Shown: positions 52,301 to 64,000 of the stretch, in pieces
Numbering within the stretch: the stretch's first letter is position 1
How the letters are laid out: each line of letters starts with the position of its first letter
DNA from: Tubiluchus corallicola
Taxonomy: Eukaryota; Animalia; Priapulida
DNA: 64,000 nucleotides
Direction: 5' to 3'
Assembly: GCA_030141605.1 (NCBI GenBank)
Contig: JAQGDQ010000037.1
Span: 558,001-622,000 of the forward strand
Program-made: the position numbers and the translations under genes
Notes under the pieces: model-generated
Seen by the model: only the letters and a program-made list of their open reading frames with translations
Told to the model about the DNA's origin: nothing
The model's database searches: none

Positions 52301-55300
52301 TCCGAGTCGCAAAAGTTCCCCAAGCATTCGCATTTGACTGAGTTTTTCTCTGCCAGACCTTAATTTCTTAACTGTATGCTTTGTCAATGAGTCAGCTGCC
52401 TTTGCCAAGTTGGTACTGCATGGAGCATTATTAATACAACGTAGGGATTACGAGAATAAAATAGTCTATACTATCCTTTTTGTGTGCTGTTAAACTTAAC
52501 AATACATTTATTTGTATCTTTGTTAGTGGCTTGAAATCGGCTTTTAAAGGTTAATAAACAATTTCATTTGGAATATTGAGTGGAAAAAGGGAGTAACCCT
52601 CAAATTTTCAAAGAATCGTTTTTTTGGCTTTTTGGTCACTACAGAGACTTGTGTTTGTTTTCCATTCAATTTGTACTAAATAAAGGTTTGCAACATGTTT
52701 TAAATTGCCATTTAATTAGTCCTTGGAGTCTACTTTAGCAAGCTTTCTGTGTGGAAAATATGCGTAATCTTTATAACGCATTGTCATTCTTAAATCATTA
52801 TTAAGTTCTAAATCATGACGTAATCCAGTGCATCATTCTGGATGGCTGAGTGTGTCATGTGAGGTGTAAATGCCGCCCTGCTAAATAACATCATAATATG
52901 AATAATATCATAATATTACTTATAATATGATATGAGTAAAATCAATCATATTACTCAATCAATCATACCAAAAAACAAAAACAAAACGGAAATGGAATCC
53001 ACCTAAATAAAAAGACAGTTTGATAAGAATCACACGCAATTCAGGGTTTGAATATACAAGTAGAAATGGTAAGTTGTTGAGCGAAAAACACTAAGTTGTA
53101 AAAATGGGATTATTGTGGTTTCAGCAATGTTTCAGCACTGAAAAGAGAGAATTTTTGAAAAAAATTTACGATTTGCACAATTAGGATAAACAAAATGGTT
53201 ATTTATTTGGCCTTATAAGGTCAACGCCCTGCCAAAGATGATACAGCCAAAACGTGTTACTCGAACGATCATCCACATACAATTCCTTTATAAGAGTCTT
53301 TGACGAGAAAAAAAAGCATTTTGTCTGGCGGCATTTAACAACCTTCATTACCAACTGGCCTAACATTGTGCAGCCTCAGCAAGTACTCATGTTGCATCCT
53401 AGCATTCTGCTACACTCAACTAGACTAACAATTTCAGCCAAACTTGCAAAAACCTTTCTGACAATAAACACTTAACCCATTTACAATTAGATCCGCAAGA
53501 CAGAAGAACCAAACATTGCCGCTAGGAGTAACCCATCTGTCCGATAGGTTAAAGAAGCCTTTTCATGCAGTATGCAAACTCTGACATGTGCAGCAGGGTT
53601 GCCAGATTAATTGAAAAACCAATAAGTTTAGTCACGAATGTCTCTTGGACTATGTAATGGAAACCGGATGCTTTGGGGCATGCTATGCTAAACTGGCCTA
53701 TTCACTACTGTCACTGTGTTAGTACATTAACTCAAGGAATTAGGAACTGAATTGGAGACTAAGTAACAGTAAAAGCACTTGTGAATTATGAGACAAATAA
53801 AAAAAACAAATACAATTAACAGCATAAAATTGTATTTTTAAAAATGCGCTGTATTATAAGTCGCTAAATTATTACTATTCAGCACTATATAAGTACATAA
53901 CACTGAAATGCTTGCAGGTAACTGTGGCAGCACTATCACCTTGGTTTTCAATTGTGTTAAAAAATCGATCACAGAAAATCTGCCTTTCCTCACGGTAAAT
54001 ATCAAGCATGATTTTATCAGTTTGAATCTTCAGAAGTGATAATGACGATGATGACGACAACACTGATGATCATAATGGAAATGGTGAAATTAGTGGAGGC
54101 CAGAAATTCTCAGTAATGGGCAAATGGATGAAGCTGATAGACACGGGACTGTTTGACCAAATAAAACACAGATTTATGATTCCAGGTCACACATCTTAGC
54201 CTCATTAGGAAATTACAGGTAGAAAAAAATAAAATAAAACATCAAGGTTTATTGTACCCCATTTTTGACATACTGCCTGGTAAAAAAATGTAAAAATCAT
54301 CCAACGATCAATACTAATGACCGGCTGTGATAAATGTATACGTGATTTGTAGTTTCTGTTAAGATTGTACATTAATATAAAAATAACAAAAAGCTCAACC
54401 AGTCGAAATACGGTATAACCAATATAACCGTTAATTCTGCACGTTAACACCCAATTCTTTATTTGAAAAATACATTTGCATATTGATAAAGCAATATCTC
54501 ACATGGCATGGTTAAAAAATAAAAATATAAAGTAACAATGGGACGGTTAAAGTGTTGTGCACTTTAAAGGAAGAACCAACCCTTGAACAACATTTATTGC
54601 ATTTTAATATACAATTAAAAATATTGAAATCACCACACAATATATGCACGTAGAATACTTTCCTTAAAAAATGTAAAAAAAATGTAAATATTTTTTTATC
54701 TCCCGCCAAACGAACGTCGCTACCGGCATGTTTGAAAAAAATGACGTAAGCTGGTGTTTGCTGGGCAGCGTAAATACTGTGAAGGTACCAATTGAGAAAT
54801 TTCTACAGGTCACTCAGAAGTTCAGTTATTCTAGCATTGTATTTAACTGTTTGTGTAAAAATTTGTCATTTGATCAATTATGACCAAGGTTAAAATGGTT
54901 ACATAGCTTTAACCCACAGGATTATACCGTAAAATATGTAAATAGTATACATTAATTGCATAAATGCAAATTAATTTACAGACTTTTGTTGACTTTCAGA
55001 CACATGTAAACTGGAGAGCATACAGTAGGTACCAGTTAGGTTACTTAGTTTATAGAGATCACTCTATTAGGTCAAAAAATGATTGCTTAAGCACTTGGCA
55101 AAATAACTGTTTATGTTGCACGGTAACCAGGTGACACAATTTTTCACCAAAATGAGCACAACCAAGCATGAAGTGATTGTGAAATTATTAATTACACCAG
55201 GCGCTTATCACAATTTCATTGCTGAAACTCTCTAACATTTTCTCCAATAGTAGAATAAGCTCAACTTCCCGAGACACTTGGATTTTGCTTTTAAGTATGT

Positions 55301-58300
55301 TGTATAATCCTTACTTCAAAAATTGCAAAAGTGCTAGCATATAAAAATGCTTTAAGCACACTCCCTTAATTCAATTTTATTGCACACATATTGTCGCAAA
55401 GTATGTTGGTACATTCTAAAACTAACAAACTACACCATTTTCTGAAAAAATAAAATAGACTTGCAAAATACTTACGACGGTAGTAAAAATAATTTAAATT
55501 CAATTACCGGTAGATGATTTACGTATGGAATAATTTGTATGGTTATCAGTACAGTAGACGTCGCTTAATAGACTCTTCGGGACCAAAGTGTTTTGATGGG
55601 TGTAGTATTATTGGTATAGAAGTCTGAGTCGTCAGCTTAGTAAGCACTGCATAGATTTTTATTGAATTTTAGAAACGAAGTAATGCCTAAATTACAGTTA
55701 GTGCAATTAAGAATTTAAAAAAGATATTTTAAAATATTAATTTATATATTTGAATTAGCAATAAATTAAAAAGTATACTTTTCTAAATCACACAAGTCTG
55801 TTTATGTGCAAAAATTCCTTCAAAGTCGGCTGCTTCATTTTCTCGTGAAGAAGTAAAAACATTGAAAATCTGTTGCCGTGATGCATGTATTCTTGTAAGG
55901 CATTTAGCACATCACAGTCTTTTCCTGTGTGTTGCCTCTTATATGCTAGTTTCTTATTTTGATTTGCTGACAGCTCAATTTTAGATCGTTTTTTCAAAAT
56001 TCTGCCGAGAGTATTTGGGAAAATTTCAACTACGCTGCTGCACACCTCCGCCCATCTTTGGAAGTTTATCGTACTGCTCTAAAATGTTCAGTTTTCCCTT
56101 AAACTGTTAGATCTTTACATTTATGCTCCATTTTTCAAACTTCTTAACTCTATGCTCTTATTTGCGGTATAACTTTTACTCTTGTAAGTCACAAGGAATA
56201 CCGGCTGATTACTGTATCTGCATTTTTTACTGTTAACTGATTAAATGTGAAAGCGTGAAACGAGAGCTTCAAAAGGAAACCCCTAAACAAGTGATTAAGT
56301 GTTTAGCTTCCAGAAAATCTTGGGTAGCGTCCAAAGCACAACGCTAGCGTACTAACGCATGAAAAATGTACCTGCTTACAAATAAAACGGCACTTAATAT
56401 GATAGCTTCTACACATATTATAGTGTACAAAAGCGAAGTAAAGGTGGCACAAAAGTAGGAAAGGCTATTTGGGCACATACAAATGTCTTATAAGTATGTG
56501 AAAGAAAAATATTGAGTCAATTATGCAGAGTTATTTACCGACAGTTTTTATGTACATTTGAATAGAAGCGGCCCGTACCAGGTGTTTTTGAGTCAATTAA
56601 GCGATTGAGTCTATTAAGCGGCGCCTACTATATTATTAAATTTTGATAAAAAATAGTAGGATATCTAATATAATTTAACTGATGTTGGACTCTAATTATA
56701 AAAAATGCAGTTGCAAATATTGTGTCCAGTTGCACGATTTGACAAAAGAATGTTATATATCTGATAACTAATATAAGAATAACATCAATAATTAATTTCT
56801 GGTAGCAGTAGGAGATAAGTTTTCAGTAGAAATGACATTTTAACATTTCGCAATGAATGAACTGCGAAGTTTATGTACTGGTGACAGCTACTACTTGTTT
56901 CTGAGAGGTTTTTCACTGCCTTTTAGGAGCATTTGGTTATAAGTTCTCCAAACAGATTAAGAGCAGTCTTGTGATTTCTGCTAAAAAGCCAGGATAAAGA
57001 GACTGTACTTGTTACTGAGGCTGTTTTTGTTATTGAATTTTCTCTGGGAAATGTCAGGTTGGAGAATTTATTTTCAAACTGGTTTCTGATTTCCGTATAT
57101 AGTGGACAATTGTAAATAGGGTGAAGTTCATTTTCTACTGTTGTGGTATTATTGCTGTTTTTACAGGAGAGACATATACAGTCATTTTCAGCTTTTTTGG
57201 TATACTGTCCACTTTCTCTATTTCCAGATTGTGGTCATTGATACTTATTTCTGTTTTGTTCTGTTTTTAGTTGGCAATTGCTGTAAGGTAAAATTCTATA
57301 CCACAATTGAATTTGAGTTGCCGGAAAAATCTCAACTTGTTGCTCCTCCACTTTTCCTCTTGTCACTGTCGATGTCTCTAAAGAAAATTCGTTTGTATCC
57401 TTTTCTAGTTTTTTCTGCATGTTTTCTTTTTCGATTGGGTGCGAGTGAAGGGTTTTAATAATGTAATACATATCCATTTTGGACAAAAGTATTCCTTTGT
57501 GTTTAACTTCTGGAAAACGTGTTCAACTATTGTGCTTCTTGATGTCATTTGTGCAAATAATCCATAATTCAAAGTGTTGCTGCTGTTATTAATAGAGGGC
57601 AAAGTCCCAGTTTTGCTTTACAGGCTATATTGGAAGATGTTGTGTGAACTTGTAGTATCCGTTTGTCAAAATGGTTTTGAACATATTCAAAAGGAAGTTG
57701 ATTGCAGGTTTTAAGACTCTTTTCAGTGTCATTTTTGTCAACTGAGTTTAACTTCAAAATGTAAGTTGAAGACAATATTTCGCAGCTGCACAGAGCTATG
57801 GAGACGACTAAAGTATTAAATAGGTATACCAGCAAGGGTGTAGGAAGGTTGTGGTTAAATATTTTATATTTTAGTTAAACAGGTTTTAAATGCTTTGATG
57901 CTCTCTGTGTTAGTTAAAAGTGATTGTATCAGTAAAATATATTCCCAGACATTTGAAGTGTTTTCCGTTTGTTTTTTGAATTACATGTTAACGTGTGATT
58001 TTTTGGCATTTTTTCAAACACCACTGTTTTTTGTGGTTTATGTGAAAAAAGTTCTTTTGTGCATAGTCACTTAATTCGTCTATGGTTTTTTGTACACCTT
58101 CTCTTGTGTTACTGCGATTGCGATACTTGACTCTCTCCACCTATCAGAGGCGGGCACCTTTATAGGGTGAAAAGTCTGTTTTTCTATAACGCTGATCTTT
58201 TAGTTGTCTTTTCCCAGTTTAATGTATTTTTTTGTTTTTATCCTGTATTCCATGAATTCGTTCACTAGATTTCTAATTTCTAGCAATCCTTCCCTTTCAC

Positions 58301-59445
58301 TGTTCATTAATATATCTGAGTTCAATTTTTTTTTCCATTCTCCATATCTGTCACATTTGAGCATATGTTCAGTAGTATCATCATCTTCCCCACACACTGG
58401 GCATAATAACTGATCCTTAAACACATTCTTGTAGTTTACTTTAACTTTAATCATATTCGGTCTCATTTCCAATATATCTTTAACCTCTTCTGGCTTACAT
58501 ATAGCTATGTAATTTTGTCGTTTCCACTCGGTATGCCTTAAAAATCTTAATTTAGTGCTGCTCCTGCATTTTTCTGCACATTCATTCTTTATAAAACATT
58601 CAATCTTATTCTTTAATTTCTTTCTTCCATTCAGACTTTTTCATGACCTTCACCCTTTCTTTATTAGCATCTATGGTATATTTTTTGCAGCCTCAACTAC
58701 TTCATTATACCATGACCTTTCATGTGCACTTTCATGAGTACCTCTGATGCTAATCTCTTTGGTTTACTAATCAGTAAAGTCCGATAGAACATCAATCTCC
58801 TATAATTCACTATGTTTTAGAGGCCATATGCCTATTTCAGTTACTAATCCCCAGTATGGCGTTGATTCACTAAGATTAAATAAGGTTTTTAAAGCATTTG
58901 CTTGAATCATTTATAATTTCTCTAAATCAGTTGTTAAGTTTGACCATGTTTCAGAACTATTTAGCACTGCACTCACTGAAAGAAGCTCGCATAGCATTAG
59001 TTTAACCCCTACTGAGGAATCTCCCACTTTCAGCTCACCTCCTATTGACTTGTATTGATGTAACAAGTAAAACCAAATCATCTGCGCATTGTAAACATGT
59101 AATTCTTCTGTTTGTGCTTATTTAAACGACCCAATATTGGGTGCATTAACAATATCACTATGCTTAATACTACATAAATCTTAAACATTTTTATTTGGCC
59201 TATTATTTTACTGTTAATATTATTAAAAATTATTATCGTATTACTGTAATACTAGTACGTGATACCTCAGGCCGTGAAGATCGCCAATTATAGCAGCCAT
59301 CGGTGACTTCTAGAGTAAAATTTATTGGTACCGACAAGTAATAAGGTAGCAACACTCTTGGTACATTCAATTTTGAAGAACTGTTCAGGCAAATATGCAA
59401 AGAAGCCATTAAGAACCAAAACTTCAAGATTTCATTTAGCGCCAT
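46354..59445 (-). CDS. NUP210: Nuclear pore membrane glycoprotein gp210 (NUP210); two coding exons, about 1905 aa
   Basis: Exon 1 is 59266-59445 (signal peptide + KLNVPRVLLPY...NFTLEVTDGCYNWRSSRPE, aaaATGG start). Exon 2 is 46354-51891 (5538 nt; RCDIIVD, TTTRELFIEDAPE, Ig-like repeats, C-terminal TM TWFFTIIVLLISLAACYVGY, SP-rich tail with LWS). Phase-0 GT-AG intron 51892-59265. Confidence 0.95.
54090..54200 (+). mobile_element. DNA transposase remnant (GGQ...HRFMIPGHT motif, possibly Sola-like)
   Basis: Translation GGQKFSVMGKWMKLIDTGLFDQIKHRFMIPGHTS* resembles the C.GQNKN...I.HKF...GH(S/T) core of some DDD transposases; superfamily uncertain. Confidence 0.45.
55552..56630 (-). mobile_element. 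Non-autonomous pogo/Tigger element with both TIRs, same family as 12990-14014
   Basis: TA-CAGTAGACGTCGCTTAATAGACTC ... GAGTCTATTAAGCGGCGCCTACTA-TA; decayed CENP-B-type HTH (TLGRILKKRSKI...KRQHTGKDCDVLNALQEY); 56350-56630 closely matches 13730-14014. Confidence 0.85.
57000..57850 (-). mobile_element. L2/Crack/Daphne-like LINE ORF2 3' remnant
   Basis: Broken minus translation YLFNTLVVSIALCSCEI...ILQVHTTSSNIACKAKLGLCPL...HPIYNCPLYTEIR; an RT CADDLVLL fragment at 59060-59095 probably belongs to it. Confidence 0.65.
57850..59050 (-). mobile_element. Non-LTR retrotransposon 3' remnant with C-terminal CCHC zinc knuckle
   Basis: ORF 58200-58472 CPVCGEDDDTTEHMLKC; upstream broken frames VLNSSETW and PYWGLVTEIGIWP. 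Confidence 0.7.
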
Positions 59446-60981
59446 TTTTAACCATGTGCATGAAAATTGAAGTTGGTGGCGCATCGAACAAACAAACGTG
59501 TGGTCGTTGATTAGCGAGATATGTGACTTCAAGTTCAGTAGACCACAGAGTGTACAACAGTATTCTATTACATGTATGTAATTGAAAAACAATAATAATA
59601 GTTTGACATAGGTTTTAAAACTTGTATTATTAAATTATCCTCCTTACTAGTTTAGATTAGATAAAATTAGGTTGATTTTCTTTCTGACACAAATCCTGTT
59701 TTTCGAGGCTTTTTATTGTAACATAAAATTCTGATAATGCATTTTGTTTTACATTAAATAGTACTGCGTTTTGGTACATTGAATTAAGTTGTACGATTTT
59801 TTTAATACAGCATTTCGATGCAGGTTGTAACCCAACCTTTTGCTAGGGGTACGAAATCAACGAGCAACATTCAATACTGAGCAATTTAATTATTTGCCAA
59901 GATATCCAATAATAATATTTATTGACGATTTACAAGCCATACAATTACAATTGCAATTACAAGTTACAAAACATTACATAAACAATGTACATTACAATGA
60001 AGAAAAAAAATCTACACAGACAAATCCCCGCACATGGGGTATAATCGTCAACATAATACACAATAAAACACAGTAATAATAATAATAATCGCTATTTACA
60101 GTGGTTAAGTAATTGAATTATATTATATCATGTTAAGTTTTTTACAAGGTTTAGTCCACGAATATCCATGAAATCCATTCATAAGAAGTTCATATGAATA
60201 TCCATGTAATCGCTATCTTGCCTTTCCTTATAACAGCGCTGACCACGTTATTTAGTTCAACCATGACATTTCAGAAAGAGTGAAATAACATAAAATGCTG
60301 AAGCACTCACAGAGGATTACAATGGGTCAAAACCATGACAAAGATTTTCATATTTAAGCTACACTTATTACAATATCGTGACATTTCTTCATTATGTCAC
60401 CAAGAACGTTTTTTCCACAATCAATATTTTGAAATACAGTAACTACTGACGTGATCTACTCCTGGATGGCCATTTTTCTTTGTTCACTCCAATGAAGTTG
60501 CCCACATTCCAAAAAGAGGCCAACAGCATCTCCAGAGTGAGTCATCAAAGCAGGTGTTAAAAGCTGCTTTCAAGTTTTAGTACAGAACCAAAAGAAAGTT
60601 ATTTCTTCACATCATTAGGCTAATCATAAAAAACGAAACACAAACTATTAGAAAGTGACATTTTCCAGTTCAGTTTTCAGGTCCAGTGATAATTTATTAT
60701 GTATAGTGCACACGCAATCATACAGCCACACGCAAGCCTAATAAGTACCACTTTAATGCACTTCAGAAAGCAGCAACAATATCAAAAGTGTCAAAGCTAA
60801 TTATTTGTTTGAAACACTTTTAATATTTCTTTGCAATAATCTAAGTACATAGACATATAGAAAACAAATCAATAAGCATGCAAGCAAGCAAAACACTTAT
60901 TTACAATTGATTAAAAAATAACCAAAGCTATACATGCTGTCTAACCTGGATAAACAGAAACCAATAAATAAACCAGATTTC

Positions 60982-61363
60982 TAGGGGTGAGCATTCTCTA
61001 CCAGAAAGCGATTTCGAATGGAATCGAATTTGTGACTTTCGAATTGGAATCAAACCGAATTCGATTTGAGTTTGAAAGATTTTCGAACAAGCTCTCAAAT
61101 CACCAGTAAAAACAGTCTTACAAAGATCATGCATATTACTCGATTTTCTTCTGCAGGAAAACCACTAATAATTTGTGTAAAAATTATGCACAAAAATTGC
61201 AGCTAAATAATTGCTAATTACATGACGTTTCAAAAGTTTTAATGATAAAGAATGTATTTGGTTGAAGTGCTGAATTATTTGAATCTATAATTTTAGGTTC
61301 GAAATGAATTCGAACTAAAAAAACTTGTTCGAATCGAATTCGAACGTTCAATGCTAACCCCTA
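60982..61363. mobile_element. hAT-type MITE
   Basis: TIRs TAGGGGTGAGCATT and AATGCTAACCCCTA; flanks CAGATTTC / CTCATTTC (6 of 8 match); subterminal TTCGAA repeats. Confidence 0.75.
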
Positions 61364-61848
61364 CTCATTTCTATGATGATCGAACAGCTTATTACAATAA
61401 TAGAGCATTAGCTTCAGAGAAAAACTATGCTAAAAAACAAAAGAAAGACATTTGCACATTAAAGACATTTTAATCTTCCTATAATGTTCATCAGTGTTAA
61501 GAAACTTTTTGATGAAAAGCTATCACAATCCAGACATTAACTAGATTAATTAAGGAATTAAATACATTAATCAAACGAAGCTAAAAAATGAAAAAAATTA
61601 TTTTAATTGCAGACACCAAAACATCCAGCGTAGACTTGCGAAACGAAACTTCAGAAGATATTAAAAGGATCATTAACAAACCACTAAAACATGAAAAGGT
61701 AATTAAACACATATAATTACAAGACGTTCAAATAACAAATGGGAAGATATTCTAAACAAGCTGCGTGAAGATACACACTATGTACACTTATTCACAAATA
61801 ATTACCCTAAATTCAAAATGGTTGATAAATATTGTATTATAAATATAC

Positions 61849-63694
61849 TTATGAATGTGATGCTTTCATGGACCTTTCTGCTGCTAGTTGCTCTAGCTTT
61901 TCACTGTAGAAACCATTAAAATCCAACCTAAAATGAGAAACAAACAAATAACGATAAGAAGTAATACAGGGTCATTTGTAAGATTCTTACAGAAGTAACA
62001 CGCCTTTCACAAATCTGATCTGTGATGTCTTACCTACTTAATATTTCAAAAAGTTGATCTATCAATAAACTTCAAAAACATGGGTTCTAAACTATTCCCA
62101 ATACCGATCAGTTGTAATCAATGCTCATTCCTATAACCATCAGCAAGATTTCAAAAGTAAAACAGTACATTAAAAATAAATTAATAAAAAAATATATAAA
62201 TTCTCAGGCCTGTTGTTTATTTCAAATAAGTCATCCAGCAATGTATAACAAAAAGCATAAGACTACTGTTTAACCCTAGAAATAAAATGAGATCACGGTT
62301 TAAAAACTGTAAAAAGTACTTCTAATAGCATCACACTTAGTTGTAATTGCTCTGAACACTGTAGCTCTTTTCAAAATAGTAAACAAGCAGCAAATAAAAA
62401 TAAGAAATAAGGTGTAATCACTGTAATCACCTGTAAACGATATTCATAAGCTTGTGTTCTGTATCTAGTTTTCCTGTTCCCGTTATCTTCTCAAGAAGCC
62501 TGTGAAGCAGCTTTGAGAATTTATGATCAAACCTCGATAATGTTTTGTTATAAGATTCATTTTCCATAGTCAGTATCTGCAAAAACAAAAAAAAACATGA
62601 TTGCAAAATTCTAGAATAAGAATCGCAAATGGCTGAGAGAAAGAAAATAAAGCAAGTAAAAAAACTGCAATGCAACGGTGCAGCTAGTACATCTGATGAT
62701 TCAATGACTATTGTGTTACTGTTTACCAGTGCATGTGTGTGTAATCAGAGCACAATAAATTTTTATGCTTCATAATTATACTTATATACAGTAAACTACG
62801 CATAAATTAAACTGGTATATTTCGAATACTTGCGTATCTCGAACAGATCTTGTGGAACCCATTTTCCCTTTTATTCTTCCCTCTACCAAATATCACGTAA
62901 CTCGAAATCTGTCACTCGAGTTATTGCGTAACTCGAACCGAATTCCGGGTACGATTCTTAACATATTCTGGCTGAAATTACCTCACCTATCTGAAAACAG
63001 TCTCCCAAGTGAGAAATGCCATGCAAAAGTATGCACCACATTATGATTTTAACTGCTAGCTTCAGCAAAAACGCAAAGATTTCTTGTATTACTTTAGCAA
63101 AACGCTGCAGACAACATGGCTTAGAGAACATTGTTTTATGTAGGACACAATATTTTTATTGCCGGATTCTATTAACCATGCAACCCAGACTACAATAGTG
63201 GTGGTTCACTCGTGTTATTTTTAATTATTTATAAAGATAGTTGGTTGATATTTGATAAAAGGCCCAGTTTGTCATTTTCACAAGCTGTAGTGCATTATCC
63301 GATGTTGACGAGCAACTCAATCTTGTTTTTTACGAACATCGTCTAACTAGCACTTTTGCTTACACAACAAATTTTCAGATCTCGATGTGTTTGAGTTATA
63401 CATACGTAGTTTACTGTAATTCATGCCCACTTCCTGTAACTGTAACACGAGCATATATGCATTGTTTGGCAGCAGTAATGGCAGGAAAGCTGCTGCAGAA
63501 GACATTAGCAAAGTCAGTTAATCTGTAAATGTTTTAAAAAAAATAGTTACCTGAAGAAAGTTTGCAAACTTTACACAAAGCACTTGAAGTTTATGCACAA
63601 TGTCAAGAAGGTCTGGATCAGTGAGCATGCAGTCGTTCAGACAATGGTCCATGAAATTTTTGTGTAGCTCCAGAACGTCATCAACATTGGTAAC
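61849..63694 (-). CDS. TUBGCP2: Gamma-tubulin complex component 2 (GCP2/Spc97), last three coding exons; 5' part outside the window
   Basis: Exons 63551-63694 (VTNVDDVLELHKNFMDHCLNDCMLTDPDLL...FANFLQ), 62431-62576 (FDHKFSKLLHRLLEKI...LMNIVYR), 61849-61927 (RLDFNGFYSEKLEQL...*). GRIP2 C-terminal RLDFN.FY motif; the CL.DCMLT block is GCP2-like. Confidence 0.88.
62789..63416. mobile_element. pogo/Tigger-type MITE
   Basis: TIRs CAGTAAACTACG and CGTAGTTTACTG, TA on both sides, internal CTCGAA repeats. Confidence 0.85.
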
Positions 63695-63709
63695 CTGCAA
63701 TAGCAAAAT

Positions 63710-63721
63710 TATATATTTATT

Positions 63722-63790
<69 letters not shown>
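63710..63790. repeat. (TA)n microsatellite just upstream of a GCP2 acceptor
   Basis: Near-pure TA run. Confidence 0.95.
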
Positions 63791-63793
<3 letters not shown>

Positions 63794-64000
63794 AGGAAAA
63801 TTGAAATTGCTGACAGATAAATCTGAGACAACGCAAAATAAATAAAGAAAGAAAGAAATGTTTTTTCAAATACACACAGTATCTGTTATGTATTTAAATA
63901 CAAATTGTGAATAAAGCCCTTTTATAACAGTTTGCACGAAACTTTTGACCTTAAACCTAGCCTCCTCAATACCATCTAAAACATAACATAAACTTTTTAC

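Noticed and set aside
52100-53720. Possible hAT transposase remnant or nested gene in the NUP210 intron
   Set aside because: TE-like ends, but no translatable diagnostic motif or consistent exon chain could be established.
59258-59265. NUP210 donor GTATCAC as a U12 site
   Set aside because: Lacks the CCTT/CTTT core; the 3' end has a TACTAA-type branch and polypyrimidine CAG, i.e. U2-type.

Overview
AT-rich, intron-containing eukaryotic (invertebrate metazoan) genomic DNA, not prokaryotic; most short ORFs in the track are noise. Manual splicing on both strands gives six protein-coding genes. In order: the last exon of a CD225/dispanin (PRRT/IFITM-like) gene (+), a complete 16-coding-exon FERM-PTP phosphatase of the PTPN14/PTPN21/Pez family (-, about 1052 aa), a complete NEPRO/RMP64-like gene (-, about 511 aa, one U12-type intron), a head-to-head aprataxin gene lacking an FHA domain (+, about 219 aa), a complete NUP210/gp210 gene in only two exons (-, about 1905 aa), and the last three exons of TUBGCP2 (-). 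Introns carry hAT and pogo/Tigger MITEs, LINE remnants (RTE, CR1, L2-like), SINE candidates and local tandem duplications. I found no convincing wholly new biological system. The best leads are the near-complete intron loss in NUP210, the minor-spliceosome intron and a candidate poison exon in NEPRO, an overlapping-uORF/dual-start layout in aprataxin, a duplicated splice donor giving an in-frame mini-exon in the phosphatase, and a palindromic two-way poly(A) signal between APTX and NUP210. Gene names come from recalled family motifs, not database searches, and the exon models are not transcript-verified.
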